A stretch of 53,369 nucleotides of DNA, taken from IMG/VR virus record IMGVR_UViG_3300037706_000057, positions 1 to 53,369 of that record, one strand, 5' to 3'. Shown piece by piece: positions 27,865 through 36,824 of this stretch. The DNA comes from a virus. Its lineage: Duplodnaviria > Caudoviricetes. A program made the translations under genes and the position numbers. The notes beneath the pieces were generated by a model that worked only from the letters and a program-made list of their open reading frames with translations, searched no databases and had not been told where the DNA came from. How positions within the stretch are numbered: the first letter of the stretch is position 1; each line of letters begins with the position of its first letter.

Positions 27865-28645
27865 CAGCCGTCAGCTCCCCCATCACCTCCCGGTACTGCC
27901 GCCACAACGCCGCCGCCGCCGGGTCATCGTCCAGGACCGACGCCATCGACCGGGCCATCTGGACCCGGGCCGAGTCGACCCGCTCCAGCCGACCCATCCG
28001 CCGCAGCTCCGCCAGAGTCGCCTCAAGCTCCGCCGCGTTCGTCCCCGACAACCGCGGCGCCGGCGCGAACCGGCCGCCGGCGTCCGGCATCCCGTAGTTG
28101 TTCATGTCACCGGCCGCGACCCCGGTGAACAGCTCGTCAACCAGCGCCAGGAAGAACCCGGCCACCTCGGCGTCGTCGGAGACCTCGACGTACTCCATCC
28201 GCCGGTTCTCGTTCAGGTTCATCGACGTCCGCACCGCCACGTGCCACGCGTCGTTGCTGACCACGGCGAACTTGGCGTGCAGCGCCGTCGACCGGATCGA
28301 CTCCGGGCCGAACAGCTTGACCAGCGTCGCGCAGTAATCCGGCTGCCGGGTCGCGAACGACCGGTCAACCACGAACCGCAGCGAGCGGATACGGCCATCC
28401 GCCAGGAACTTCTCCGCATGCAGCAGGTCGGCCTTCGCTGCCGACCAGGTCGAGACCGCCACATCCGCCGGCCCGGTCCGGTCTAAGATCGCCGTCAACG
28501 CATCCACCAGCGAAAACTGACCGTGGGTCAGACACAGCAGCTCCGTACCCGGCTCCAGCGCGGCGAACACAGCAGCCGCCGACTCATGAGCCGCGACCAT
28601 CGCGGCCCGGGGCCGGCGGGGGCGGGTGATCACCGAGGGTTCCAT
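27788..28645 (-). CDS. PLD-like (HKD) domain fused to terminase small subunit
   Basis: HAKFAVVS...TSMNLNEN, then a helical TerS-like C-terminus overlapping terL. TAGGAT 6 nt before the ATG. Confidence 0.75.
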   Translation of the reverse strand: MEPSVITRPRRPRAAMVAAHESAAAVFAALEPGTELLCLTHGQFSLVDALTAILDRTGPADVAVSTWSAAKADLLHAEKFLADGRIRSLRFVVDRSFATRQPDYCATLVKLFGPESIRSTALHAKFAVVSNDAWHVAVRTSMNLNENRRMEYVEVSDDAEVAGFFLALVDELFTGVAAGDMNNYGMPDAGGRFAPAPRLSGTNAAELEATLAELRRMGRLERVDSARVQMARSMASVLDDDPAAAALWRQYREVMGELTADDGDSGEADRLIAELSAPVLDTPPA

Positions 28646-28659
28646 GGCCCCATCCTACC

Positions 28660-28966
28660 ACGAACCGTCCATAATAGCCAATCAAATCTGTGGATGCCCG
28701 GCCACCGTGAACCGCGTAGCACTAGACATAGAGACATCTAGATGGTTAGCGTCACTTTGGTCTATGTCCGCTTTGTTCCCAGAGCGGTACTGGGAAGGTG
28801 GCCATTCCAAGATCGGGAACAAAGCGGACATAGACGATGCTGTATGTAAATCCGACCACCTGACAGTGTCACACCTCGGCCAAACATCTAAAAAAGTCGA
28901 TGCCTTCCCGAACTTGATTGATGGTTGTCTGTCTTTAGTGGACCTACCCAGTGTCCACTGCGAACA
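28660..28966. other. AT-enriched intergenic region, probable cos/packaging site
   Basis: Between HNH and TerS. Perfect 21-bp IR (28760-28780/28815-28835) and several palindromes. Confidence 0.6.
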
Positions 28967-29266
28967 CTAGATGTCGTCGATGTCAGCGCTGAAGCACTTC
29001 GACAACCGTCGCTGTCGTATCAGCTCGCGCCGTGCGTCGGTGAGCATGGCCATTCCCGCGCCGCGGTTGCATCCGCGGTGTTCCGGGCCGCTGTGCTCCG
29101 CCTTGCCGGTGCCGTCCCGGTGCCCCAGGTCCCACGGCTCATCGGGGTGGATGGGCTGGCCGCACCGGGCGCAGTCCACCTCCCCGGCCTCGACCAGTGG
29201 TCGCCACCGTTCACGCTCCCGTTGGTGCGGGGCGCCGTAGCCGCGTTCAGTCGTGGTGGCCATCAT
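28967..29266 (-). CDS. Packaging-associated HNH endonuclease
   Basis: CARCG...WDLGH...PEHRGCN, upstream of the terminase genes. Confidence 0.85.
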   Translation of the reverse strand: MMATTTERGYGAPHQRERERWRPLVEAGEVDCARCGQPIHPDEPWDLGHRDGTGKAEHSGPEHRGCNRGAGMAMLTDARRELIRQRRLSKCFSADIDDI

Positions 29267-29510
29267 CCACCGCAGCTGGGGCCTTCCGTGCCAGGTGGGC
29301 GGTGCCGACCTGCCGGAACTCCTCGTCGCCCGAGTGGGCGATGGCAGCGCCGAGGGCTACGGCCGGGTGGGTGTGGGAGTTGATGGCGATGGTCACCAGC
29401 GGGCGCATGTAGCGCCACGGCAGGCCGTCCAGGAAGTCGGCCCAGCGGGCTGGTGCGTGGCGGCTGAGCAGGTACTGCCGTACCTCGGGCTGGGTGGGGA
29501 CTCCGCTCAT
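29247..29510 (-). CDS. Hypothetical protein
   Basis: GAGG SD, overlaps the HNH start. Confidence 0.6.
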   Translation of the reverse strand: MSGVPTQPEVRQYLLSRHAPARWADFLDGLPWRYMRPLVTIAINSHTHPAVALGAAIAHSGDEEFRQVGTAHLARKAPAAVDDGHHD

Positions 29511-29564
29511 GCGTGGTACCTCGCCGGGTCCAGCTCAGCCACTAAGGGCGAGCGTAGTAGGGCC

Positions 29565-29593
29565 ATCGTTGCAAGGATTGGTTGAGCTGTCAA
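29565..29593 (-). promoter_or_regulatory. Candidate late promoter TTGACA-N17-AACGAT
   Basis: Consensus -35 with 17-nt spacing to a weak -10, directed into the packaging operon. Confidence 0.5.
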
Positions 29594-29708
29594 CTTTCGC
29601 CGCGTGGTCATGTGAACAGCCGCCATCCGGTCACGGCCAAATGAACAGCCACAGCGGCGTACGCCATGCCCACCACGTACAGCCACAGCGGCCGGCGCCT
29701 CCGCGCGC

Positions 29709-30578
29709 TCATGTCCTGATCCTCTCTCGCATCGCGACCCGCAGCTGGTGCGCGTCACCGAACCGGTAGCGGCCCGGAGCGTGTGCCAGCAGCTGCCGGC
29801 GGGACACCCACGACCGGACCGTGCTGGCCGGCGTCGGCCGGCCGTGCAGCGACAGCAGCGCCGCGCACTCGTCCGCGGACAGCAGGATGCCCGCCGCGGC
29901 GGCCAGGATGGCCGTGGAGCGGTCCGTGGGGTCCCAGTGGCCGCCGCAGCCGGGGCAGTGGATGAGCCGGGCTCCTGGTGGCGCTGAGAGCCGCTGGGGG
30001 CAGTGTGTGCCGTCTTCCAGCTCGGCCATGCACACCCCGGCGTCCAACCGGGGTAGTGGCCGGTCCACCGCCGGGGTGATGCGGGAGCAGGCGTAACCCA
30101 GCTCATCCCAGCACTCAGCCGCCCACCGCTGGTAGCGGCACCAGCCGAGCTGGCCGGCCAACCAGCGGAGCAGTACGGGCGCGTCGAGCTGTCGTACCCT
30201 GCCCAGCCGTTCCGTGCCACGACGTGCCTTGACCGGCCACTCCGCGCCTCGTTCGCCGACGATTGTAGCGGCCCACTCTGTTGCCGTATCGAGCACCGCA
30301 TCGGCCACCTCGGCCGCGTGCCACCGGAACGGTAGCCCGGTGGGCGGGCCTGGCTGTTGGTCGGCGCCGCCGATATCAGGCCGGATCGGCTCCGGTGGTG
30401 CCAGCCCACGGGCGCGTGGTCCCGGGTCGGCCATCCTGGCTTGGCCGGCGGCGGTGGTGAGCAGCTCCGGCCACAGGTCGGCCGTGTCGGATAGCCGGCC
30501 GGCCAGGTCGCGTTCGCACTCGGCCCCGACGTAGGCCACGTCGGGGACCGGCTTGCCGCAGACGGCGCAGTCGGCCAT
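29709..30578 (-). CDS. Zn-binding, C-terminal HTH protein (probable late transcription regulator)
   Basis: CAVC, C..C/CPGC, and TPASTVRSWVSRRQL HTH. Last gene before the late region. Confidence 0.7.
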   Translation of the reverse strand: MADCAVCGKPVPDVAYVGAECERDLAGRLSDTADLWPELLTTAAGQARMADPGPRARGLAPPEPIRPDIGGADQQPGPPTGLPFRWHAAEVADAVLDTATEWAATIVGERGAEWPVKARRGTERLGRVRQLDAPVLLRWLAGQLGWCRYQRWAAECWDELGYACSRITPAVDRPLPRLDAGVCMAELEDGTHCPQRLSAPPGARLIHCPGCGGHWDPTDRSTAILAAAAGILLSADECAALLSLHGRPTPASTVRSWVSRRQLLAHAPGRYRFGDAHQLRVAMRERIRT

Positions 30579-30763
30579 CAGGTCGCCTGGAGCCATAGGC
30601 GTGCTCGTTGGCGTGCCCGTTGCCGGTTGACCGCCGCGACGATCTCCGCCGCCAGTTCTGGTGTGTCGACCACCCCGACCAGCGTCCCGTCCTGGTCGGC
30701 GCGGGTGCATTCGTACAGCGTGCGTCCGACGCGGCGGCCGACGCGCAGGTAGGTCTCAGCCAT
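30578..30763 (-). CDS. Hypothetical protein
   Basis: Coupled ORF, AAGGGG SD. Confidence 0.6.
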   Translation of the reverse strand: MAETYLRVGRRVGRTLYECTRADQDGTLVGVVDTPELAAEIVAAVNRQRARQRARLWLQAT

Positions 30764-31172
30764 GGTCATCCCCCTTCGCTTGCAGCACCCACTCATCCAT
30801 AACCGGCGTCACCAGCCCGCCGGTCACCTCAGGGCGGAACCGCAGATCCCACACCGGCGGCCCGGACGGGCCGGTCGGACCGATGGGCCAGACTTGGGCC
30901 AGGTCCCGCAGCGGCAGAGCGTGGTCCAGCAGGATCGCCACGGCGTGCCAGGCGGCACCGGGCGAGCCGACGATCCGCACGGTCGGGTCTGGGTAGCAGT
31001 GGCCGGGACTGGCGTCACACGACTCCACCAGGCCGACGCCCAGCGGAGCGCCGCGTTGCTGTAGCAGGTCCACTACGTGTGCGATGCCCAGGTCTAGCGG
31101 GCACTCCGGCGCGAGCCGGCGGGCGGTCATGAGCGCCCGCGCCCTGGCCAGGTCGTGACGGTCAGCCGGCAT
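30756..31172 (-). CDS. Hypothetical protein
   Basis: GGAGG SD before MPADRHDL. Confidence 0.6.
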   Translation of the reverse strand: MPADRHDLARARALMTARRLAPECPLDLGIAHVVDLLQQRGAPLGVGLVESCDASPGHCYPDPTVRIVGSPGAAWHAVAILLDHALPLRDLAQVWPIGPTGPSGPPVWDLRFRPEVTGGLVTPVMDEWVLQAKGDDHG

Positions 31173-31608
31173 CGAGCACCTCCGGCTCGGGTGGGGCGGC
31201 GGACAGTCGGCTGTGGTCGGACAGCAGCGACCGCCACGGCTTGACGTCGCACCAGCCCGCCGGGTGCCACACCCGGCCGTGGGGGGCCGGTGCCTGCCAC
31301 ACCAGCCGCCAGTGGCCGGGCACGTCCCGCTCCCACCGGCAGCCGTGCCCGTCGTCCACCGCGGCCACCTCCGGGCCGGGCTCGGCCGGCAGCTCCCACG
31401 TGGTCGGGGCGGCGTCCATGCTGGACTGCTCCCCGTCGCGGACCGTCTCGGCCAGCGCCACCAGCTGGTCCCGGTCCACCACCACCTCGATGGGCCGGCG
31501 CCAGCGACCCCGGTCAACGAGGATGTAGCCGGTGTCGCCCACTGCGCCGTACTCGACATCCACGGCGCGGATGGTGCGCCCCCAGCGCCGTCGCAACCAC
31601 TCACCCAT
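31162..31608 (-). CDS. Hypothetical protein
   Basis: GGAGAGGG SD, overlaps neighbours. Confidence 0.6.
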   Translation of the reverse strand: MGEWLRRRWGRTIRAVDVEYGAVGDTGYILVDRGRWRRPIEVVVDRDQLVALAETVRDGEQSSMDAAPTTWELPAEPGPEVAAVDDGHGCRWERDVPGHWRLVWQAPAPHGRVWHPAGWCDVKPWRSLLSDHSRLSAAPPEPEVLDAG

Positions 31609-33247
31609 GGTCGGGCCCCTCTCCGCCGGCTGGGGCCGGCTCCGGGCTGCCGGGGACGGGGCGGGTACCGTCCCGGACCTCGGCGGCTATCAGGCGCATG
31701 TCGGCGGCGAGGTCGTGCTCACCCCAACGCACTGCCAGGCCTGCGCCGAAGACCAGCGCTTCGGCGGCGGCGTCCCGGCGGATCTCATCTCGGATGGCAG
31801 GCTGCTTACGCATCCACTGCTCAACCAGCCCCTCGACGGCTACGTCGTCACCCTCCTCCTCCGGGATGTGCTCGACCAGCCGGTCGACCCAGCCCTCCCA
31901 CTGGTCCGCGTCGGCCAGCAGTGCCCGGAGTTGGTCCAGTTCCGCACCGGTGGCATCCGCGCAGCTCCGGTCGATCAGGCCCTCCACGGTTGTGCGGTCC
32001 CAGCCCGGGCCGTCGGCGGCACGGTGCTGGGCTGCGGCGTCCCGGCGGGCGGTGGCCAGTTCGGCGCGAGCGGCGGCAAGCTCGCGCTCATGCTCGGCGA
32101 CGGCCCATTCGTGCGTGCGGAACAACGCCTCCCGGTCGGCGGTCACCCGGGCCAGCTCGTGTGTGAGCTGGCTCCGCTCAGCGGTCACCTCAGCCAGCTG
32201 AAGTGTGGCCCACACCTGAGCGTCGGCCAGTGCCAGTGCCTGACAGGCCGGATCAGACAGTCGCCATGACCTGGCGACACCGGCCAAAGCTTCTTGTTCG
32301 TAGTCGAGAGAAACCCCCCGCGCAGCGATGCGCCGCACTTGATGCTCACCGTCCGGCTCCGGGGCAGGCTCGCCGTGCGGGTCGGCTTGCAGCCGGGCCA
32401 CCTCGGCGCGGGCGGCGTCGCGCTCGGCCAACGCGTCGTAGAGCTGGGTGGAGCGGGTATCCAACGCCCCGACGTGCAGGTCCCGGTCGGCGAGCACTGC
32501 GCGGACCTGCCGGCCGATGTCCGGGTCCCGGGTCTCCGCCGGGCCGGTCTCCAGCCACTCGGCGAGCTCCAGCAACGGCCGGCGTGCCCAGCCGTCACCG
32601 GCCAGGCCGCCGGCCGACTCCCCGCTTGCATTTGCCGGCCCGGATTGTAAGTCCGCCGCGCCGGCGTAGGAGGCCAGCGGCGGCAGCCCGCACGCCTCGA
32701 CCTCCGCGTCGGTCAACCAAGACAGCGCGCCGGTACGGTGCCGGCGGTCCGGGTCGTCGGCGGGGCGGTGGCCCTGGTACAGCTCGCACTGGCCGTGCCG
32801 CGGGTGGGCGACAGTGCAACGACGCTGGACCGGCCCGGCGTCCGTCCCAATGTCCCCTCCGTTTTCGGCGCTGACCTGCGCGGATGCCCCGCTGGTGGGG
32901 GTCGGAATGTCCGCGCCGATGTCCAGCTGGGCCGACGCGGCGGGCGGCTCCGGCTGGTCGGCCCACGGGGTGAGCTCGCCCGTCTCGATCCGGTGCGCGT
33001 CGATCTCCAGCGCGCTGGCGCAGACCCGCATGGCGTCCGCCACGTCCGCCTGGCCGGTGTGCCGCTGGTGCTCGGCGGCGTCGCGGAGCTGGCCGGCCTT
33101 CCACCGCAGCGCACCGGCCCACACGCGGCGGCACAGCGCATCCTCCAGCACCACCACTGGCGCCGTCAGCGGTGCCCCAACTGGCTGGCCGGCTCGCGGG
33201 CCGGACGCGTGCGTCGCCGGCTGCGGGGTCGGGTCGGTGGCGGTCAT
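31601..33247 (-). CDS. Large mosaic hypothetical protein with coiled coils
   Basis: GAGGAG SD, ATGA overlap. Confidence 0.7.
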   Translation of the reverse strand: MTATDPTPQPATHASGPRAGQPVGAPLTAPVVVLEDALCRRVWAGALRWKAGQLRDAAEHQRHTGQADVADAMRVCASALEIDAHRIETGELTPWADQPEPPAASAQLDIGADIPTPTSGASAQVSAENGGDIGTDAGPVQRRCTVAHPRHGQCELYQGHRPADDPDRRHRTGALSWLTDAEVEACGLPPLASYAGAADLQSGPANASGESAGGLAGDGWARRPLLELAEWLETGPAETRDPDIGRQVRAVLADRDLHVGALDTRSTQLYDALAERDAARAEVARLQADPHGEPAPEPDGEHQVRRIAARGVSLDYEQEALAGVARSWRLSDPACQALALADAQVWATLQLAEVTAERSQLTHELARVTADREALFRTHEWAVAEHERELAAARAELATARRDAAAQHRAADGPGWDRTTVEGLIDRSCADATGAELDQLRALLADADQWEGWVDRLVEHIPEEEGDDVAVEGLVEQWMRKQPAIRDEIRRDAAAEALVFGAGLAVRWGEHDLAADMRLIAAEVRDGTRPVPGSPEPAPAGGEGPDHG

Positions 33248-33456
33248 CGTGGGGTCTCCTCGGTGGTCGGTAGTTGCTCGCACGCCACACCGTCACCGTC
33301 GACGTCCAGGCCGTGCGGGTCGTCCCGGTCGCGGTCAAGCTCACGCTGCGCGTCGGGGCGGGTGGTGAAGTCGGCGCAGTTCAGGTCGGCCGGTGATGGG
33401 CAGCCGGTCAGTGCGAGCAGCGCCACGGCGGCGGCGGCAACGCGGGTGGTGCTCAT
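33244..33456 (-). CDS. Excalibur Ca-binding domain lipoprotein
   Basis: Lipobox LTGC, then NCADF...LDVDGDGVACE. Confidence 0.88.
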   Translation of the reverse strand: MSTTRVAAAAVALLALTGCPSPADLNCADFTTRPDAQRELDRDRDDPHGLDVDGDGVACEQLPTTEETPR

Positions 33457-33815
33457 CGACGCCGGTCCCGGTCATCCTCGCCACCGTCGCCGGGGCGGGA
33501 GCCGTCGCGGACGTAGGCGGCGCCCAGCTCGGCCAGGTACAGCCACATCCCGCCGATGCGGTCGATGTTCATCTCGACCATGGCGACCGAGTCGCTGTTG
33601 ACCAGCTCGGTCAGCAGCTGGCGGGCGGAGTCGAGCGCATCGGCCCGGCGGTCATGCCCGACGTACGGGTCCGCGGCTAGGTCGGCGGCGAGCACGACAG
33701 CCTCGCGCGACAGCCGTTTTAGCCGTTCGGCGAGCTCGTCCGGGCCGTAGGCCTGGTGGCTGCTGGCGAGCTGGTGCAGCTGCTCGGCGAGCGGCGTCGG
33801 TTGGTGGGTGGTCAT
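33453..33815 (-). CDS. Hypothetical protein
   Basis: ATGA coupling at both ends. Confidence 0.65.
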   Translation of the reverse strand: MTTHQPTPLAEQLHQLASSHQAYGPDELAERLKRLSREAVVLAADLAADPYVGHDRRADALDSARQLLTELVNSDSVAMVEMNIDRIGGMWLYLAELGAAYVRDGSRPGDGGEDDRDRRR

Positions 33816-34543
33816 CGGGTCTCCGTTCCGGTGGGTCGTAGCGGGATGATCTGGGCGAGGGTCGGGGCCGGGCAGCCGCGGTTACGGCAGCGGCTGTCGG
33901 GGTCCAGCAGCACACCGCAACGGGCGCACTCGGGCGGGTCGGCGGGGTTGGTCGGCGGGGTCGGGCCATTCTCACCGGAGTCGATATCTTTGGTGCGCGG
34001 CGCGTCAGCTGTGGACGGGCGTGAGTTACTCACTGGTTTAAGATGGTTCTCCTTTACTCGCTCCTCCTCCTCCTCCTTCTCCTCTGTCCCCCGGAATTCG
34101 GGGGGCGTGGGGACGGAATTCGGGGGACGTGAGGACGGATTCCGGGGGACGTGAAGTCCGGATTCCGGGGGGCGTACACCTTGTCCACAGGCGTTATCCA
34201 CAGGGGCTTGGTCGATGGCTGCGTGCTCCCCGTGCACCAGCTGGAGCCGGTACCGGGCGGTGCTGCGGCCCTCCCGGCGGACCGCTGCGCGTCGATCGTT
34301 GACGATGGCTCCTATCGACAGGAGTGGACTCATGCCACGCTCGACGGCCTTCACGTCGGCGCGGGTGGGTGGAGCTGGCCGACCCAGCGCGTGAACCGCG
34401 AGCGCCTCGTGACCGAGCGAGAACCATGGATGCTCGTCGTGGTCGCGGGAGACCAGCGCCATGTAGGTGAGCAACTGCATCGCCAGCGGCGGCACCCGGC
34501 CGGCGTACAGCTGGTACGCGGCGATGGCGTTAGCGGCTCCCAC
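33812..34543 (-). CDS. Putative replication initiator (wHTH N-terminus, internal origin)
   Basis: GGAGG SD + GTG (start uncertain). Contains iteron-like repeats and DnaA boxes. Confidence 0.65.
   Translation of the reverse strand: MGAANAIAAYQLYAGRVPPLAMQLLTYMALVSRDHDEHPWFSLGHEALAVHALGRPAPPTRADVKAVERGMSPLLSIGAIVNDRRAAVRREGRSTARYRLQLVHGEHAAIDQAPVDNACGQGVRPPESGLHVPRNPSSRPPNSVPTPPEFRGTEEKEEEEERVKENHLKPVSNSRPSTADAPRTKDIDSGENGPTPPTNPADPPECARCGVLLDPDSRCRNRGCPAPTLAQIIPLRPTGTETR
34092..34202. promoter_or_regulatory. Probable replication origin: four iterons + two DnaA boxes
   Basis: CGGA(A/T)T(T/C)CGGGGG at 34092, 34114, 34136, 34159. TTGTCCACA at 34181, TTATCCACA at 34194. Confidence 0.75.
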
Positions 34544-34706
34544 GAGACTGGACACCTCCGGCATTCCTTGTTCGCACAGCCGACGGCGCCCTATCGGGCG
34601 CCATCGGTGTGACTGGTGAGGAATGCCGGGCTCCGTCCCGGCTGCCACGCGGACCGCCCTCGGCTCCAGCGTCCCGGCTGGGGCACGGTTCGTGGTTGCT
34701 CCCATC

Positions 34707-34961
34707 TTAACATCCACTTAGCTCCCCTCTTGGGTGTTGCTCCGGTGCGCTTTCCCCGGCTGGGGGTGCGGGCTTCCGGATCGGGTTGTGTCCGAACACC
34801 GCCCGGTGTGCGGCTTCGCTGGCGGGGTGATCGCGGTACCGGCCGCCGCACCAGCAGACGAGCACGGGCAGGTCTGGGGGTGGGATGGCGTCGGTGGTGT
34901 AGCCGGCGGGGGTCCGCTGGACGGGTTGCCGGGCGTGCTCACGCGAGCCGGGGCGGGTCAT
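34707..34961 (-). CDS. Small Zn-finger-like protein
   Basis: ATGA overlap, CWCG...H...H. Confidence 0.55.
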   Translation of the reverse strand: MTRPGSREHARQPVQRTPAGYTTDAIPPPDLPVLVCWCGGRYRDHPASEAAHRAVFGHNPIRKPAPPAGESAPEQHPRGELSGC

Positions 34962-35719
34962 GGTGCGGCCCTGAGTGGGTGGTACGCGGATGGGCACTCG
35001 CATCCATTCGTCGCGCAGTAGCCCGCGGCATCGTTCCAAATCCGGTCGTATATCGGCCACCCAGAGCCAGCACGGCCGCCTACGTGGCAAGCGATCTGGT
35101 GGCCACACCGCAGGCAGGGCAGCTCCATGGAAACCCATTGCCACGGATGCCTCGGGCCTAGTAGCCGGGCTTCGCCCATGGTCTTGACGGCAATTCCCTC
35201 GCGGCGCATCCACAGCCACCAGACGACCATCATGGCGTTGCCGTCATGGATGTTCTTCTCTGTGAAGGTATAGCCGGCCACCCGCGGGCCGGTGAGAAGA
35301 TAGTCCAGAAGCTCGCGCGTCCGAACGACGCCGTAGCCGACCAGGCTCTCGTGTTTGTCCACGTAGAGCTGCACAGTCAGGTCTGGCATCATCTCGTGAT
35401 TTCGGACGGCCGCAACCCGCTTCGCCCATTCGGTTGGCGTGCCCGTGCGCCGCCTTCGCCTGATCGTGAAGCTGGAGTAGAGGTGCGGAGACTGCTGTAC
35501 GCGGGCGGCGACCGACCGGACGCCACCCGATAGCGTGGTGGCCAGGTAGTCGATGCCGGCGCTCAGGTCGAGTATCCTCAGGTCCCCGATGCTGTGCCTG
35601 GGGTGCTCTATAGAGACCAGGCCCATCGGCGAGCAGCCGCAAGCCTCGCTAACCGCAGGCCAGTGCATCTCGAACCGACGGGCCGAGTCCTGTAGGTCTT
35701 GCTCCACGTCATACGACAA
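34958..35719 (-). CDS. Putative PD-(D/E)xK-like nuclease partner of the methyltransferase
   Basis: LDLSAGIDY...AARVQ...FTIR pattern, overlaps the MTase 3' end. Fold call is inference. Confidence 0.5.
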   Translation of the reverse strand: MSYDVEQDLQDSARRFEMHWPAVSEACGCSPMGLVSIEHPRHSIGDLRILDLSAGIDYLATTLSGGVRSVAARVQQSPHLYSSFTIRRRRRTGTPTEWAKRVAAVRNHEMMPDLTVQLYVDKHESLVGYGVVRTRELLDYLLTGPRVAGYTFTEKNIHDGNAMMVVWWLWMRREGIAVKTMGEARLLGPRHPWQWVSMELPCLRCGHQIACHVGGRAGSGWPIYDRIWNDAAGYCATNGCECPSAYHPLRAAP

Positions 35720-36824
35720 GGCGGCATCCCCGTTCGGTCGCGATCCTCACGCTGTCTTCGCTGGCGTCGCAGCCGGTTGCGCTCCGTCCCAGCCGGGCCG
35801 CCGCGAGCAAGAACGTCCCGGTACCGGCGAAGGGGTCGAGAATCAGATCACCGGGTCGACTCGCATGGCGGACGAACCGCTCGGCCAGCTCGTCGGGCTT
35901 CTGCCAGGCATGCCAGCGGTCGCCGTGCCGGCCGTCCGGCGCGTTGATGTCCTGGACGGTGAACTGCTCGGTCATCTCTGGGCAGTCCAGCGGGGCGGCG
36001 TTGGGGCCGCGGTAGTAGAGGATCGCCTGCCAGTTCAGTTTGTAGTCGTGGCTAGGGCTGGGGCCGAGGGTGTTTCGGTAGGTCCACACCAGTACGTTGG
36101 CCAGCGTGAACTCGCCGGCCGGCACGTCGAGGTAGGCGTAAAGCTCCTCAGGGTAGGCACCGATGCACACGTATGCCCGGCCAGATGGCTTGACCTTCTT
36201 CAGCGCGACTGGTAGCCAGCCCTGCGCGAACCTTTGCACGTCCGGGACGTCTGTCGAATACGGGGGGTCGGTCAGCAGCAGGTCGCAATCGTCCTGCTCG
36301 GCCAGCCAGTTCTCCCATCCGGACAGCGTGATCTGTGCGACCAGGGGCGCGGCGGCGGCCCGCTGCTGCTCTCGTGCCCGCTTGCTCGTCTCGCGCTCAG
36401 TGTGCTTCGCGTCGGCGAGTAAGCGGGTGGTCGGTAGTTCCCGCCCGCGCTCTGACGCCTCGGCGAACCGTCGCCTGAGGTCGTCATCGGTGAAGGCGTC
36501 CCGAATTCGGCGCGCCTCATGCAGTCGCTGAGCAGGAACGGGCAGGGGCGCCGGGAAATTATCCGGACTCCGGATAATTTCCGGACGTCCGACTGCCGCG
36601 ATTTCACCGCGGGCCTGGCCTTCGTCGACCACGTCGGCTAGCCGCCGCATCGCTCTTGCCTTGATCAGTAGGGCGTGGTTCACCGAAAGAGTACTCAGTC
36701 CCATCCGCTTTGCCAGGTCCGCAGCGAAGCTCGCGAGGTCAAGGACCTCCTTGACCTCCTCGGGCGTTGTTGCCCTGGCGAGCAACCGCTCCGCCCTAGA
36801 TACCTGGTCAAGCACCCCGGTCAC
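35709..36824 (-). CDS. DNA amino-methyltransferase (N4-C/N6-A, beta class)
   Basis: TDPPY before H..QKP and LILDPFAGTGT. GGAGGAGG SD + GTG. Confidence 0.92.
   Translation of the reverse strand: MTGVLDQVSRAERLLARATTPEEVKEVLDLASFAADLAKRMGLSTLSVNHALLIKARAMRRLADVVDEGQARGEIAAVGRPEIIRSPDNFPAPLPVPAQRLHEARRIRDAFTDDDLRRRFAEASERGRELPTTRLLADAKHTERETSKRAREQQRAAAAPLVAQITLSGWENWLAEQDDCDLLLTDPPYSTDVPDVQRFAQGWLPVALKKVKPSGRAYVCIGAYPEELYAYLDVPAGEFTLANVLVWTYRNTLGPSPSHDYKLNWQAILYYRGPNAAPLDCPEMTEQFTVQDINAPDGRHGDRWHAWQKPDELAERFVRHASRPGDLILDPFAGTGTFLLAAARLGRSATGCDASEDSVRIATERGCRLVV

Noticed and set aside
28626-28970. 114-aa plus-strand ORF across the AT-rich region
   Set aside because: Atypical codon usage, no SD, opposite to the operon; better explained as a cis-acting region.
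29507-29611. 34-aa ORF MTTRRKL...
   Set aside because: No SD and overlaps the candidate late promoter.
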